Positions 51,791-61,341 of a DNA stretch of 64,000 bases are shown here, piece by piece. The first letter of the stretch is position 1. Each line of letters begins with the position of its first letter. This stretch comes from Bacteroidia bacterium (lineage in GTDB: Bacteria; Bacteroidota; Bacteroidia; M30B66): contig OZ257142.1 of NCBI GenBank assembly GCA_965279035.1, positions 2,112,001-2,176,000 on the forward strand, written 5' to 3'. The position numbers were made by a program, and so were the translations under genes. Below the pieces are notes generated by a model. It searched no databases. It was not told where the DNA came from and was given only the letters and a program-made list of their open reading frames with translations.

Positions 51791-52803
51791 AAACGGCTGT
51801 TGTTATTCTTAATTGGAATGGAAAGCACCTGTTGGAACAGTTTCTACCCAAAGTAATTGCTTGTTCTCCCAATGCAGAAATTGTAGTAGCCGATAATGCT
51901 TCTACAGATCATTCTGTTTCATTTGTTAGAACTACTTTTCCAAGTGTTACTATTATTGAAAATCCAAGTAATAATGGATATGCAGGTGGATATAATGAAG
52001 CATTATCTCAAGTAGTTGCCGATTATTATGTATTGTTAAATTCCGATATAGAAGTTACTCCACATTGGATAGAGCCAGTTATAAATCAATTTGAGGGCGA
52101 TAATCTCATAGCTGCAATTCAACCTAAAATTAGAGCTTTCAAACACAGAGATCAATTTGAATATGCAGGAGCTGCAGGTGGTTATCTTGATCGTTTGGGT
52201 TTTCCATTTTGTCGTGGTCGAATTTTCGAAGAATGCGAGATTGATAATGGGCAATATGATGATGCACGTGAAGTTTTTTGGGCATCAGGTGCTTGCATGT
52301 TTGTAAGAGCCTCTGTTTTCCATGAGTGTGAAGGATTTGATGAGTTGTTTTTTGCTCATATGGAAGAAATTGATTTGTGTTGGAGGATGAAGAATAGAGG
52401 CTATAAAATTATGGTTGAGCCTTCTTCTGTAGTTTTCCATATTGGTGGTGGTACACTTTCAAAATCGAATTGGCGAAAGACCTATCTTAATTTCAGAAAT
52501 AACCTTGAATTAATTTATAAGAATATTGAAGATAAATACCTTTTCCGAAGTTTATTTATGCGTATGACATTGGATGGAATTGCAGCATTTAAATTCCTTT
52601 TTACTAATGGCTTTAGTCACTTTTATGCAATTATACGAGCACATTTGCATTTTTATAGAAAGTTACCTTCTATACGCCAAAAACGAAGAAAATTAAAAGC
52701 TCTCGAACGCAATAGAAATAGCACCGGCGTTTATATGGGATCGATTGTAGCCGATTATTTTGTTAGAGGAAAAAAGACGTTTACTGACCTCGACATCCAT
52801 TAA
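51787..52803 (+). CDS. Glycosyltransferase family 2
   Basis: VILNWNG, DNASTD, LLNSD, WASGAC, HMEEIDLCWR. Confidence 0.92.
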   Translation: MKTAVVILNWNGKHLLEQFLPKVIACSPNAEIVVADNASTDHSVSFVRTTFPSVTIIENPSNNGYAGGYNEALSQVVADYYVLLNSDIEVTPHWIEPVINQFEGDNLIAAIQPKIRAFKHRDQFEYAGAAGGYLDRLGFPFCRGRIFEECEIDNGQYDDAREVFWASGACMFVRASVFHECEGFDELFFAHMEEIDLCWRMKNRGYKIMVEPSSVVFHIGGGTLSKSNWRKTYLNFRNNLELIYKNIEDKYLFRSLFMRMTLDGIAAFKFLFTNGFSHFYAIIRAHLHFYRKLPSIRQKRRKLKALERNRNSTGVYMGSIVADYFVRGKKTFTDLDIH

Positions 52804-52848
52804 GCCATGTTCATTTGGGTACCTTTGTAATTCCCAATCCATTTGACC

Positions 52849-53415
52849 ATGTTTAATTTGGAAGAAATTATAACCATTACAGTTACTCTTTTTGCTATTA
52901 TCGATGTTGTTGGAGCAGTTCCCGTTCTCATTTCAATGAAAAGCCGTTTAGGTGAAATTGATTCTGGTAAGGCAACTATTGCTTCGGGAGTTTTAATGAT
53001 TTTGTTTCTCATTTTCGGGACAAAACTTCTCGAAATATTAGGAGTTGATATTAATTCTTTTGCAGTAGCTGGCTCGATTGTCATCTTCATCATGGGATTG
53101 GAAATGGTTTTGGGAATTGAATTATTTCGCCAAGATCCCGATGTAAAATCAGGAAGTATCATTCCCATTGCATTTCCAATTATAGCAGGCTCCGGAACAT
53201 TAACAACTGTTATGTCATTAAGAGCTAATTTCAGTGTTTACAATATTCTTATTGGAATTTTAATCAATTTAATTGCTGTTTATATCGTATTAAGATCCAT
53301 CAATTTTCTTGAACGTAAACTTGGAAAAAGTGGACTCTTTGTAATCCGTAAATTTTTTGGAGTCATCCTCTTAGCTATTGCAATTAAAATCTTTAAAGCC
53401 AATATTTCGATATAA
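52849..53415 (+). CDS. MarC family membrane protein
   Basis: LFAIID..G..P, PIAFPIIAGSG; TACCTTTG promoter at 52820-52827. Confidence 0.9.
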   Translation: MFNLEEIITITVTLFAIIDVVGAVPVLISMKSRLGEIDSGKATIASGVLMILFLIFGTKLLEILGVDINSFAVAGSIVIFIMGLEMVLGIELFRQDPDVKSGSIIPIAFPIIAGSGTLTTVMSLRANFSVYNILIGILINLIAVYIVLRSINFLERKLGKSGLFVIRKFFGVILLAIAIKIFKANISI

Positions 53416-53490
53416 AAATTTAACTGAATTTCTGATTTGATTTTAAAGAAATTCAAGTATCAAAATTCTTCATAATTAATTCGATATTTT

Positions 53491-55446
53491 TTAATCTCCC
53501 AATAGTTGACTACATATATAATCACTTAGTGCGAGAATACTAATCATTGGGTTTACTCCACTGCAGCGAGGGAAAACACTTGCATCTATCACATACAATC
53601 CATTTATTCCCCAGACTTTTCCTTCAGGATTTACAACATCGTGGACATACGAATTTCCCATTCTACAGGTACCCATTTGATGAGCGCTGAATAATGTAAA
53701 ATCTCCTTTTTTCCAGCGCAGATGTTGAACAATTTCATTGAATTTATTCTCGTCCTTTATTATTTCTGTTGGAATATAGGTTGGAATACTATGAGGTAAG
53801 GCGATTTCAATTGCTCCTGCAGCAGCATGAATTCGAGCAGCATTCATCATTCCATGCATCAATGTTGATTGATCACTTGGATGCAAATTATAATGAATGA
53901 TTGGTCTTCCATCTCTACTTAGTTTGATTTCACCACCAAACTGATCACGACTCAACACGATAAAAACACCTAAATTTTGAATTTGTGACATACGTTTTTG
54001 GAACGAAGTAGCATCTTTCCAAGGCATTCCTAAAGCCAATAAACCGGGATGTGGAGGCGGTGTTTCTATTTTGTAGCCATAACGACCATTCAGTCGAATA
54101 TATTGGTCATTTGTACTCGTCATCATAGCTCCAGTCCATGCTTCGATCGTTTCATTATAAATTGCTGAAACTGGAACAACGGGATGTAAGTAGAGATTTT
54201 TTCCGAGTTGTGGGTGACGAATTCCACTTCGGAGCAATAGGGCAGGAGAATGAATACTTCCAGCCGATACTATTACTTGTTCAGCTTCGATGCGCACTTG
54301 TATTTGTTTTCCATCCACATCTGTATGAATTCCAAATGCACCTTGAATAGTATTTCCATTGAAAATTAAACGTTCAATAGAAGTTCGATCAAGAATTCTC
54401 GCTCCATGATCGGATGCATCTTGAATGAAAGTTTTTAAACTACTTTGTTTGCTTCCTTGTTTACAACCGAATCCACACCAACCACAGCGATATGCATTAT
54501 CATGATTGCAATGTGAGCTATTCTTGGCAATTTCATTTACTTTCTGCCCAAGCGCTTTGCTACCCGAAATTAAATGTTGGTTATTTCGATTATGAATGAT
54601 TCTTTCTGAACCAGCTCCGACACGATCCCACACACTTTGCAGATGTTTTTGAAAAATCGGTTTAACAAAATCTTCAATTCCACTTTCTTCCGCCCATTCT
54701 TCCAAAACAAAGTCAGGCGTTTTGATACACGCTTGCCAATTTATGGTTGTTCCACCACCTAAACAGGAACCTGCAAAAACAGTCATTGCCCCGTCTGACG
54801 AACTCAATGCTCCACGTTCTTCATAGAGTTGACTCACCATTTCCGCTTCAAGATTGCTCATGGAAGATTCGGGAATCCAAGGACCTTTTTCAACAATTAT
54901 AACCTCTTTTCCCGCTTTTGCAAATCTTGAAGCTGCAACACCACCGCCAGCTCCAGAGCCAATAATTAAAACTTCGCAACGGATGTTAGTACCTAGTTTT
55001 AGAAAGTGAAATGGTTGTTTTGAAGAGATTTCACTTTCTGGTTTAGGAGCTCCGGAATACTGTGTTATTGACTTTGAGAAGCTATTTCCTAATTCATCCG
55101 TTTGTGAAAAGGCAATGAATGAACAGAGTTTTTTTAATGCTTGATATCCTTTGCGTAATAAAGGAAAGCGTGATTGTGACCAAGATTGAAATAATGTTTC
55201 GCGTTGTGATTTGTTTAATTTTAAAAAGGAACATAATGGCCCATTCCAAGTGAAACCAAGAAAAGGTGATTCAAGAAGAGTAAGAAGCTGTTTGAAGTCG
55301 GCTTGTTCTTCGGGCGATTTTTCATCGATAACCAAAGCAATCCGATTGGCAATTTCGGGGATATTGAAAATTGATTTTTCTGTTGAAACTTCAACAAATA
55401 TTTCGACTACATCGATTAACAGCGACTTATGTTTCTCGTTTAGCAA
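53491..55446 (-). CDS. GMC oxidoreductase, long-chain fatty-alcohol oxidase/dehydrogenase-like
   Basis: IIGSGAGGG, GSCLGGGTTINW, CGWCGFGC, GKNLYLHP, SAHQMGTCRMG, DASVFP..SGVNP. Confidence 0.85.
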   Translation of the reverse strand: MLNEKHKSLLIDVVEIFVEVSTEKSIFNIPEIANRIALVIDEKSPEEQADFKQLLTLLESPFLGFTWNGPLCSFLKLNKSQRETLFQSWSQSRFPLLRKGYQALKKLCSFIAFSQTDELGNSFSKSITQYSGAPKPESEISSKQPFHFLKLGTNIRCEVLIIGSGAGGGVAASRFAKAGKEVIIVEKGPWIPESSMSNLEAEMVSQLYEERGALSSSDGAMTVFAGSCLGGGTTINWQACIKTPDFVLEEWAEESGIEDFVKPIFQKHLQSVWDRVGAGSERIIHNRNNQHLISGSKALGQKVNEIAKNSSHCNHDNAYRCGWCGFGCKQGSKQSSLKTFIQDASDHGARILDRTSIERLIFNGNTIQGAFGIHTDVDGKQIQVRIEAEQVIVSAGSIHSPALLLRSGIRHPQLGKNLYLHPVVPVSAIYNETIEAWTGAMMTSTNDQYIRLNGRYGYKIETPPPHPGLLALGMPWKDATSFQKRMSQIQNLGVFIVLSRDQFGGEIKLSRDGRPIIHYNLHPSDQSTLMHGMMNAARIHAAAGAIEIALPHSIPTYIPTEIIKDENKFNEIVQHLRWKKGDFTLFSAHQMGTCRMGNSYVHDVVNPEGKVWGINGLYVIDASVFPRCSGVNPMISILALSDYICSQLLGD

Positions 55447-55450
55447 GATT

Positions 55451-55939
55451 TTATTGTTTCCTTTCTAGCATTTGAAATGTGAGTGAGTATACATTCAAAT
55501 CATCTGCTGGATAAGCTATGTCAACATGAATATTCCAATCATCCGAATCTATCTCAGGAAAATAACGATCAGCTTCTGGTTCAATATCTACACGAGTGAT
55601 ATAAATCCGATGAGCTAATGGGAGTGCTTGTTTATACACATCAGCTCCTCCAATCACCATCACTTCAGGTTGATCTTTAACTAGATTGATTGCTTCTTCG
55701 AGCGAATGAACAACATCAACACCATTGGCTTTGTAATCGCTTTGACGGGTGATGATAATATTTCTTCGGTTAGGGAGTGCTTTTCCAATGCTTTCGAACG
55801 TATGGCGTCCCATAATAATAGGATGCCCAGTGGTAAGATTTTTAAAATATTTTAAATCGGCAGGTAGATGCCACAGAAGTCGATTGTCTTTTCCAATTTC
55901 CCCATTTTTTCCGGTTGCAACTACTATAGATAATATCAT
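55451..55939 (-). CDS. folA: Dihydrofolate reductase
   Basis: [32 protein letters not shown]. Confidence 0.96.
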   Translation of the reverse strand: MILSIVVATGKNGEIGKDNRLLWHLPADLKYFKNLTTGHPIIMGRHTFESIGKALPNRRNIIITRQSDYKANGVDVVHSLEEAINLVKDQPEVMVIGGADVYKQALPLAHRIYITRVDIEPEADRYFPEIDSDDWNIHVDIAYPADDLNVYSLTFQMLERKQ

Positions 55940-56730
55940 ATGGCAACAGCGGCTTTAATAGCAGGATGAGGATCATAGCCTTCCAAAGTAAAATCGTCAA
56001 ATGTAAAATCGAACAATTCTTTAATTTCAGGATTCAGTATCATTTCAGGAAGAGGACGAGGTTCTCTACTAAGTTGTAAACGAGCTTGATCGAGGTGATT
56101 ATTATATAAATGAACATCGCCAAACGTATGAACAAACTCGCCAGGTTTTAAACCACAAACTTGAGCAACCATCAATGTGAGTAAAGCATAGGAAGCTATA
56201 TTGAATGGAACACCAAGAAATGTATCCGCGCTACGTTGATAAAGTTGGCAACTCAATTTCCCTTCGGCCACATAAAATTGAAAAAAACAATGACAAGGAG
56301 GAAGTGCCATTTGATCTACATCGGCAACATTCCAAGCGCTCACAATGAGTCGGCGGGAATCTGGATTTGTTCGAATCATATGAATGAGCTTACTTATTTG
56401 GTCTATTGTTTCTCCATTTTTCCCAGGCCAAGAACGCCATTGATGTCCGTAAACTGGACCTAGGTTTCCATTTTCATCGGCCCATTCATCCCAAATACTA
56501 ACGCCATTTTGTTTGAGATAATCAATGTTTGTATCTCCTTTTAAAAACCAAAGCAATTCATGGATAATTGAACGGAGGTGAACCTTTTTAGTAGTGACTA
56601 GAGGAAATCCTTTATTTAAATCGAAACGCATTTGATATCCGAAGCAACTGATTGTTCCGGTTCCAGTGCGATCGTGCTTTTGGGCTCCATTTTCCAAAAT
56701 ATGAGCTAATAAGGCTTGATACTGCTGCAT
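55936..56730 (-). CDS. thyA: Thymidylate synthase
   Basis: [35 protein letters not shown]. Confidence 0.98.
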   Translation of the reverse strand: MQQYQALLAHILENGAQKHDRTGTGTISCFGYQMRFDLNKGFPLVTTKKVHLRSIIHELLWFLKGDTNIDYLKQNGVSIWDEWADENGNLGPVYGHQWRSWPGKNGETIDQISKLIHMIRTNPDSRRLIVSAWNVADVDQMALPPCHCFFQFYVAEGKLSCQLYQRSADTFLGVPFNIASYALLTLMVAQVCGLKPGEFVHTFGDVHLYNNHLDQARLQLSREPRPLPEMILNPEIKELFDFTFDDFTLEGYDPHPAIKAAVAI

Positions 56731-56954
56731 AGAATTATGTTAGGCTTTGCAAAGTTAAACTTCATTTAGGCTTTTGTTTTTGAAGATTTTGGGAATCGAT
56801 TCTTATTTATCAACGGTGATTGTTTAGAACACATGTAAAATGAATCTATCTGTTTATGAAGCAGAAAGGGCTTAATTAACTTTTTTTTGGCATAAGAAGT
56901 TGGAGTGAATAAAAAAATAGATACTTTTGCCATCCCTGAACAAATATTACCAAT

Positions 56955-57028
56955 GGATCGGTAGTTCAGCTGGTTAGAATGCCGCCCTGTCACGGCGGAG
57001 GTCGCGGGTTCGAGTCCCGTCCGGTCCG
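56955..57028 (+). tRNA. tRNA-Asp(GTC)
   Basis: Acceptor GGATCGG/CCGGTCC, anticodon arm CCGCC-CTGTCAC-GGCGG; TACTTTTG promoter at 56922-56929. Confidence 0.95.
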
Positions 57029-57029
57029 C

Positions 57030-57061
57030 AAAGCCCCGAAATATACTCGGGGCTTTTTTTT
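57030..57061 (+). terminator. Rho-independent terminator after tRNA-Asp
   Basis: AAAGCCCCGA-AATATAC-TCGGGGCTTTTTTTT. Confidence 0.88.
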
Positions 57062-57588
57062 GTCTTCATTTTCAAGTTCAATTATGTGAGTTTTTGATTC
57101 CTTTTTTAAAGATCTCTTTCATAAACGTACATCGAATCGGGTATAGGTATTTATTAAATAAAAAGCCAAAACTTCATTTTAAAGTCAACAATACAATTTA
57201 AGGTTTCAAAGACTATGATAACATTAAGTTATAGCTATAATTACAATAATAGAATCAGAAGATTTATATACTAAAAGACAGCTTTTTTTAACTAGTTTCT
57301 AAAAAATCATTTCATGAAAAATAAGAGAACATTTTTTCACTAAACAAGAATTGTATTATATCAAAATAGATTCAGTATATGAAATAAGATTCCCATTATC
57401 ATTATGAAATGTTAAGAAATTTCCAAAATCATTTTATGATTAATGTTTTCAGTTTTATTTCAATATATACAATTGAATTTTGGAGAATTTAATTCTCAAT
57501 TTGGCATCTTATTATTTTTCCAAATTTTTAAAACACTCTTTATAAAATAGGAATGACATTCAAATAGATTATTTGCTATTTTGAACAA

Positions 57589-59520
57589 ATGAAAAAGCTT
57601 CATTTTTTAATATTCTATTTGCTTGTTTATGGGCATTTTTCTTTTGGGCAACATTTTGAATGGGCTTCTTCAGGAAGTAATATGTTAGTTGGATATTCTT
57701 CTAGTTGCATAACAACAGATGGAAGATTGATTGCTGGGGCACAGTATGAACCACCTAGTTTTCAAATCTCAGAGGATGAAGCTGAAATTTATTCAGGAAG
57801 TGGTAAAGCATTTTCATTTAATAAATATTTGAGTCAGTTTATTGTTACTTGTTATTCTGCTCAAGGGGACATAGAATGGATAATAAAAAACAATGATTTA
57901 TGTTCGAATGGGAGTATTTTGGGTTTAAGTTCATTGGCAGATGGAACTGTTATAGTTGCTTTTAAAGGATTTCCCAACTCTCCAGTTTATATTATGGATG
58001 AAAATGGAGTTGAAAAAGGGCTTCATTTTAGTAATTATTCAAACTCAGAGGTCAATTATTTGGATTATGTTTTTCTTGCTGAGATTGATAAATATGGTTC
58101 ATCACGAAAAATTCATGCAATTAAAGGGATTATTAATACTGAATGGAATAGTTTTGAAAGCACGCCTGATGGAGGATTTATTTTATCTCAGACGCATTAT
58201 GAAAAATCAATGAATGCAAAGGGTGAAAATAAAGATGTAGCACATAATTATATTACTAAAATTAGTTCCGATTTCCGATTTTCATGGGTGTATAAACTAA
58301 AGTACTTAGATAAATCTTGTTGTTCATTTTTTGAAAATCCTTCATTAGCAGTTTCTTCAGAAAATGGAGAAGTTTATATTTCTGGGAATTTCAGGGAAGG
58401 AATTTTACCCGATGGAGGAAAAGCTCATACAGCACCTATATTGGATGTAGTTTCTCAATACAATCAACCTTATGAATCGTATATAGCTTGTTTAAGTGCT
58501 GATGGTAAATTGAAATGGATTCGTTATTCTGAAGGCAAATCATTAATAAGTGCCATTTCGGTTCGAAATAATCAATTATTGGTTGGAGGGAAAATACAAT
58601 TGCAAAAGAATTATTTTGGGATGAAGATCGATACATCCAATGCGAAAATTGCCTTTCTCGCTTCTTTTGATTTATCGGGAAAATCAAATTGGTGTCAAAC
58701 ATTTAATGCTATTAATATTACTTCTATTAGCCAGGATTTTGATGGGAATATTTATGCTTCATTTAGGAACAAACGGAGTAGGGGAGTTCCTCCATTAATT
58801 ATTGGTCGTGATTCTATTCCTGATGCCTATGAACGAGTAATTGTGGCTAGTTTTGATGAGAATGGAAAATACCGATGGAATAAAATGAGTGGGGCTATGT
58901 TATCCATTGATTCTCATTCGAAGATTCATAATGACGAATGTGGAAACCTCTATTTTACAGGTGAAATGTGGTATTCACTTCCTGTAAACATGAGTATTTT
59001 TGATGGAGCTATTGTAAGGGGAAAAGGCTATGGTGGAGCTCCATTGGCGGCAAGAATTCGAACTACTATTCCTGATGAATTGTTAGCATTAAATCTGAAT
59101 TTATCTCAAACCATTTCTATTCCTGGTCGTGAGAAAAAAGAGAAAACCTCCAATATAAGTAACAAGAATTCGGGAATAAATGTCGATACTGTTCACTTAG
59201 TGATTCCCAATGTAAAGCCCGATTCAGTTCATTTAAGTAGGTGTGTTCCTATACCATTCCCTTGGACTTTGGTATTATTCCCTAATCCTACAGATGGTCA
59301 ATTTACAGCAAGAGCTACACTATCCTATTGTGATTCTCATGTTAGTTTAGAATTATGGGATGCAAAAGGAGCTTTCATAAAACAATTATCATCTCCACAC
59401 ATGCAGTTGGCTGGTAGTTTCGATATAGATTGTGTAATAAATGATTTAGCTGCAGGTTTATACATTGTTGTTTTAAAGGGTTCTGGTTCTGCTATTAGTG
59501 AACGTTTGGTGAAAAAATAG
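57589..59520 (+). CDS. T9SS type-A cargo protein with beta-propeller-like repeats
   Basis: Signal peptide; repeated (D/N).G...W and GNIY/GEVY/GNLY units; CTD LFPNPTDGQF...LAAGLYIVVL...RLVKK. Confidence 0.8.
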   Translation: MKKLHFLIFYLLVYGHFSFGQHFEWASSGSNMLVGYSSSCITTDGRLIAGAQYEPPSFQISEDEAEIYSGSGKAFSFNKYLSQFIVTCYSAQGDIEWIIKNNDLCSNGSILGLSSLADGTVIVAFKGFPNSPVYIMDENGVEKGLHFSNYSNSEVNYLDYVFLAEIDKYGSSRKIHAIKGIINTEWNSFESTPDGGFILSQTHYEKSMNAKGENKDVAHNYITKISSDFRFSWVYKLKYLDKSCCSFFENPSLAVSSENGEVYISGNFREGILPDGGKAHTAPILDVVSQYNQPYESYIACLSADGKLKWIRYSEGKSLISAISVRNNQLLVGGKIQLQKNYFGMKIDTSNAKIAFLASFDLSGKSNWCQTFNAINITSISQDFDGNIYASFRNKRSRGVPPLIIGRDSIPDAYERVIVASFDENGKYRWNKMSGAMLSIDSHSKIHNDECGNLYFTGEMWYSLPVNMSIFDGAIVRGKGYGGAPLAARIRTTIPDELLALNLNLSQTISIPGREKKEKTSNISNKNSGINVDTVHLVIPNVKPDSVHLSRCVPIPFPWTLVLFPNPTDGQFTARATLSYCDSHVSLELWDAKGAFIKQLSSPHMQLAGSFDIDCVINDLAAGLYIVVLKGSGSAISERLVKK

Positions 59521-59604
59521 TTAGATTCAAATCGTTCAATTCACATTATCTTAATATTGTTTTTTAAATTTTTCTTTGCATATTCACTAATTAATTTTCT
59601 GAAT

Positions 59605-60033
59605 ATGAAAAAGTTACCTTTATTGCTCATTTCTCTTTTTATCATCTCTATTTCAAGTGCACAAAAAATAGCCTTGAAAAATGTTCCTCAAGTGATACAA
59701 ACGTCATTTCAAACTCAATTCCCTAAAGCAGATGACACTAAATGGGAAAAGGAAGGTCTGAATTTCGAGGCAGAATTTGAATTGGATGAAAAAGAAATAT
59801 CTGCTTTGTTTGATCCACAAGGGATTTTAATTGAAACGGAAGTTGAGATTCCCTTGTTGGAGTTGCATACTGGAATATTAGAATTTGTAGAAATAAACTA
59901 TTCAGGACAAAAAATTAAGGAAGCTGCGAAAATTACAAAGGCTGATGGGACTTATACCTATGAAGCCGAAATCAGAGGAATGAATCTCATTTTTGATTCT
60001 AACGGAGTTTTTATTAAAGAAGTAAGAGACTAA
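59605..60033 (+). CDS. PepSY-like (DUF2874/BLIP-like) periplasmic protein (start likely ATG 59605)
   Basis: Signal peptide; VP.VI..SF...FP.A....WEKE...FEAEF; two repeats ending FD..G. Confidence 0.8.
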   Translation: MKKLPLLLISLFIISISSAQKIALKNVPQVIQTSFQTQFPKADDTKWEKEGLNFEAEFELDEKEISALFDPQGILIETEVEIPLLELHTGILEFVEINYSGQKIKEAAKITKADGTYTYEAEIRGMNLIFDSNGVFIKEVRD

Positions 60034-60624
60034 AATTCCATTATTTTTTATTTCAGGAACAAAGATGGAATGAAATGGATTTTTAGATTTTTATACAGTA
60101 GATTTTATTGATATTCGGATATGTAAATTCGTTGCTATATTAATAAGAAGAATGACTTATGAGATAAATAAATTTGAAGGTCAATGCAGGAAATATGAGG
60201 GATACATTAAAAACATGACATTGAACATTCAAAATGGTTATGTAATTTTCGTGAAGATGTATTATCAAATACAGAATTAAGCTTGAATAATGATACAATT
60301 ATCTATGTCAAGCTTTCAGATTGAATGAAATTTTATAAAATTCATGGAAATAAATCTAGTTTTTGTTGACTTGAGACTCACCCTGCATTTATTCACCTGT
60401 TCTACTTTGTTGGTTAATGTTATTTTTTAATCTAATTTCATGTAATTACTTTGTTTGTTTATGATTTAGACAGAAATAGCATTAGTAGTATTGATTAATA
60501 CTCGTTATTATTTCATTAATGTAATTGAATGAAATTACATAGATAAATAAATTATAATTACTCTAAAGTAAATTAATTATTTATTCAATATTGTTGTTTT
60601 GTTCCTAATTGTAATATTTAAGAT

Positions 60625-61015
60625 ACCCGTTGTGCGGTTAAAAATTTGAATTATCCTTCAACAATATTTAACGCTTACCACATTAATCAATACTTATGTA
60701 ATGCCTTTAAATTAAATTATTTAAAATTAATATTAGGTTTAGAAACGGATCAGTGTGGAGGCTATGTCTGGGCGGCGAGGGTGTGTTTCGACATAGATGA
60801 GAAAAAAGCTTATACGAGCACAATGGTCGAAAAAAGGCCTTGAGCGTAAGCAGCATCGTCCAGACTTGACCTTCTTTGATTACTTTCTTGTGTCAAGACA
60901 AGAATTAATACGTCGTAGACAAACATGAATGATATAGTGACAAGAAGCATTAACAGCCTTATTTCATTGATTGATATGAAAAAAGATAAATTGATAATTC
61001 AACCGCACAACGGGT
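60625..61015. mobile_element. Non-autonomous MITE-like element (~390 bp) with IS982-like ends
   Basis: Perfect 15-bp IR ACCCGTTGTGCGGTT (60625-60639) / AACCGCACAACGGGT (61001-61015); direct repeat TTAAGAT on both flanks (or TTTAAGATA, 9 bp, if the IR is taken as 14 bp); no transposase. Confidence 0.8.
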
Positions 61016-61341
61016 TTAAGATATATATTAATTAGGGTAATTATATTTATTAATTCATATAACCCTAATTAATTTATAAAGGAGATTTAGCTATAATTCA
61101 TTCTATAGAAAACACATGATCAGTTTTCAAAATAAAAAAAATCAAAGTCATTTGGCTATAAATTCTATTCATATTATATTTACAATCCCTAACCTTAACC
61201 TAATTTGTCCATGCTCTATTCTGTACGAGGAAGTTAATTTCAACTCTCTTCTCATTCCTTTCGAAGGATAATATCCTCATTGACGCTTCGCGTTTGTGAC
61301 ATTTCCTATTCATTCCCAACCCACCCGAAACATCCTAAAAG

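Noticed and set aside
60152-60280. 42-codon ORF (MTYEINKFEGQCRKY...) in the intergenic region
   Set aside because: No recognisable motif or expression signals; cannot be supported.
60646-60843. 65-aa ORF inside the MITE
   Set aside because: TTG start, no transposase motifs, and it runs through the structured insert; probably non-coding.
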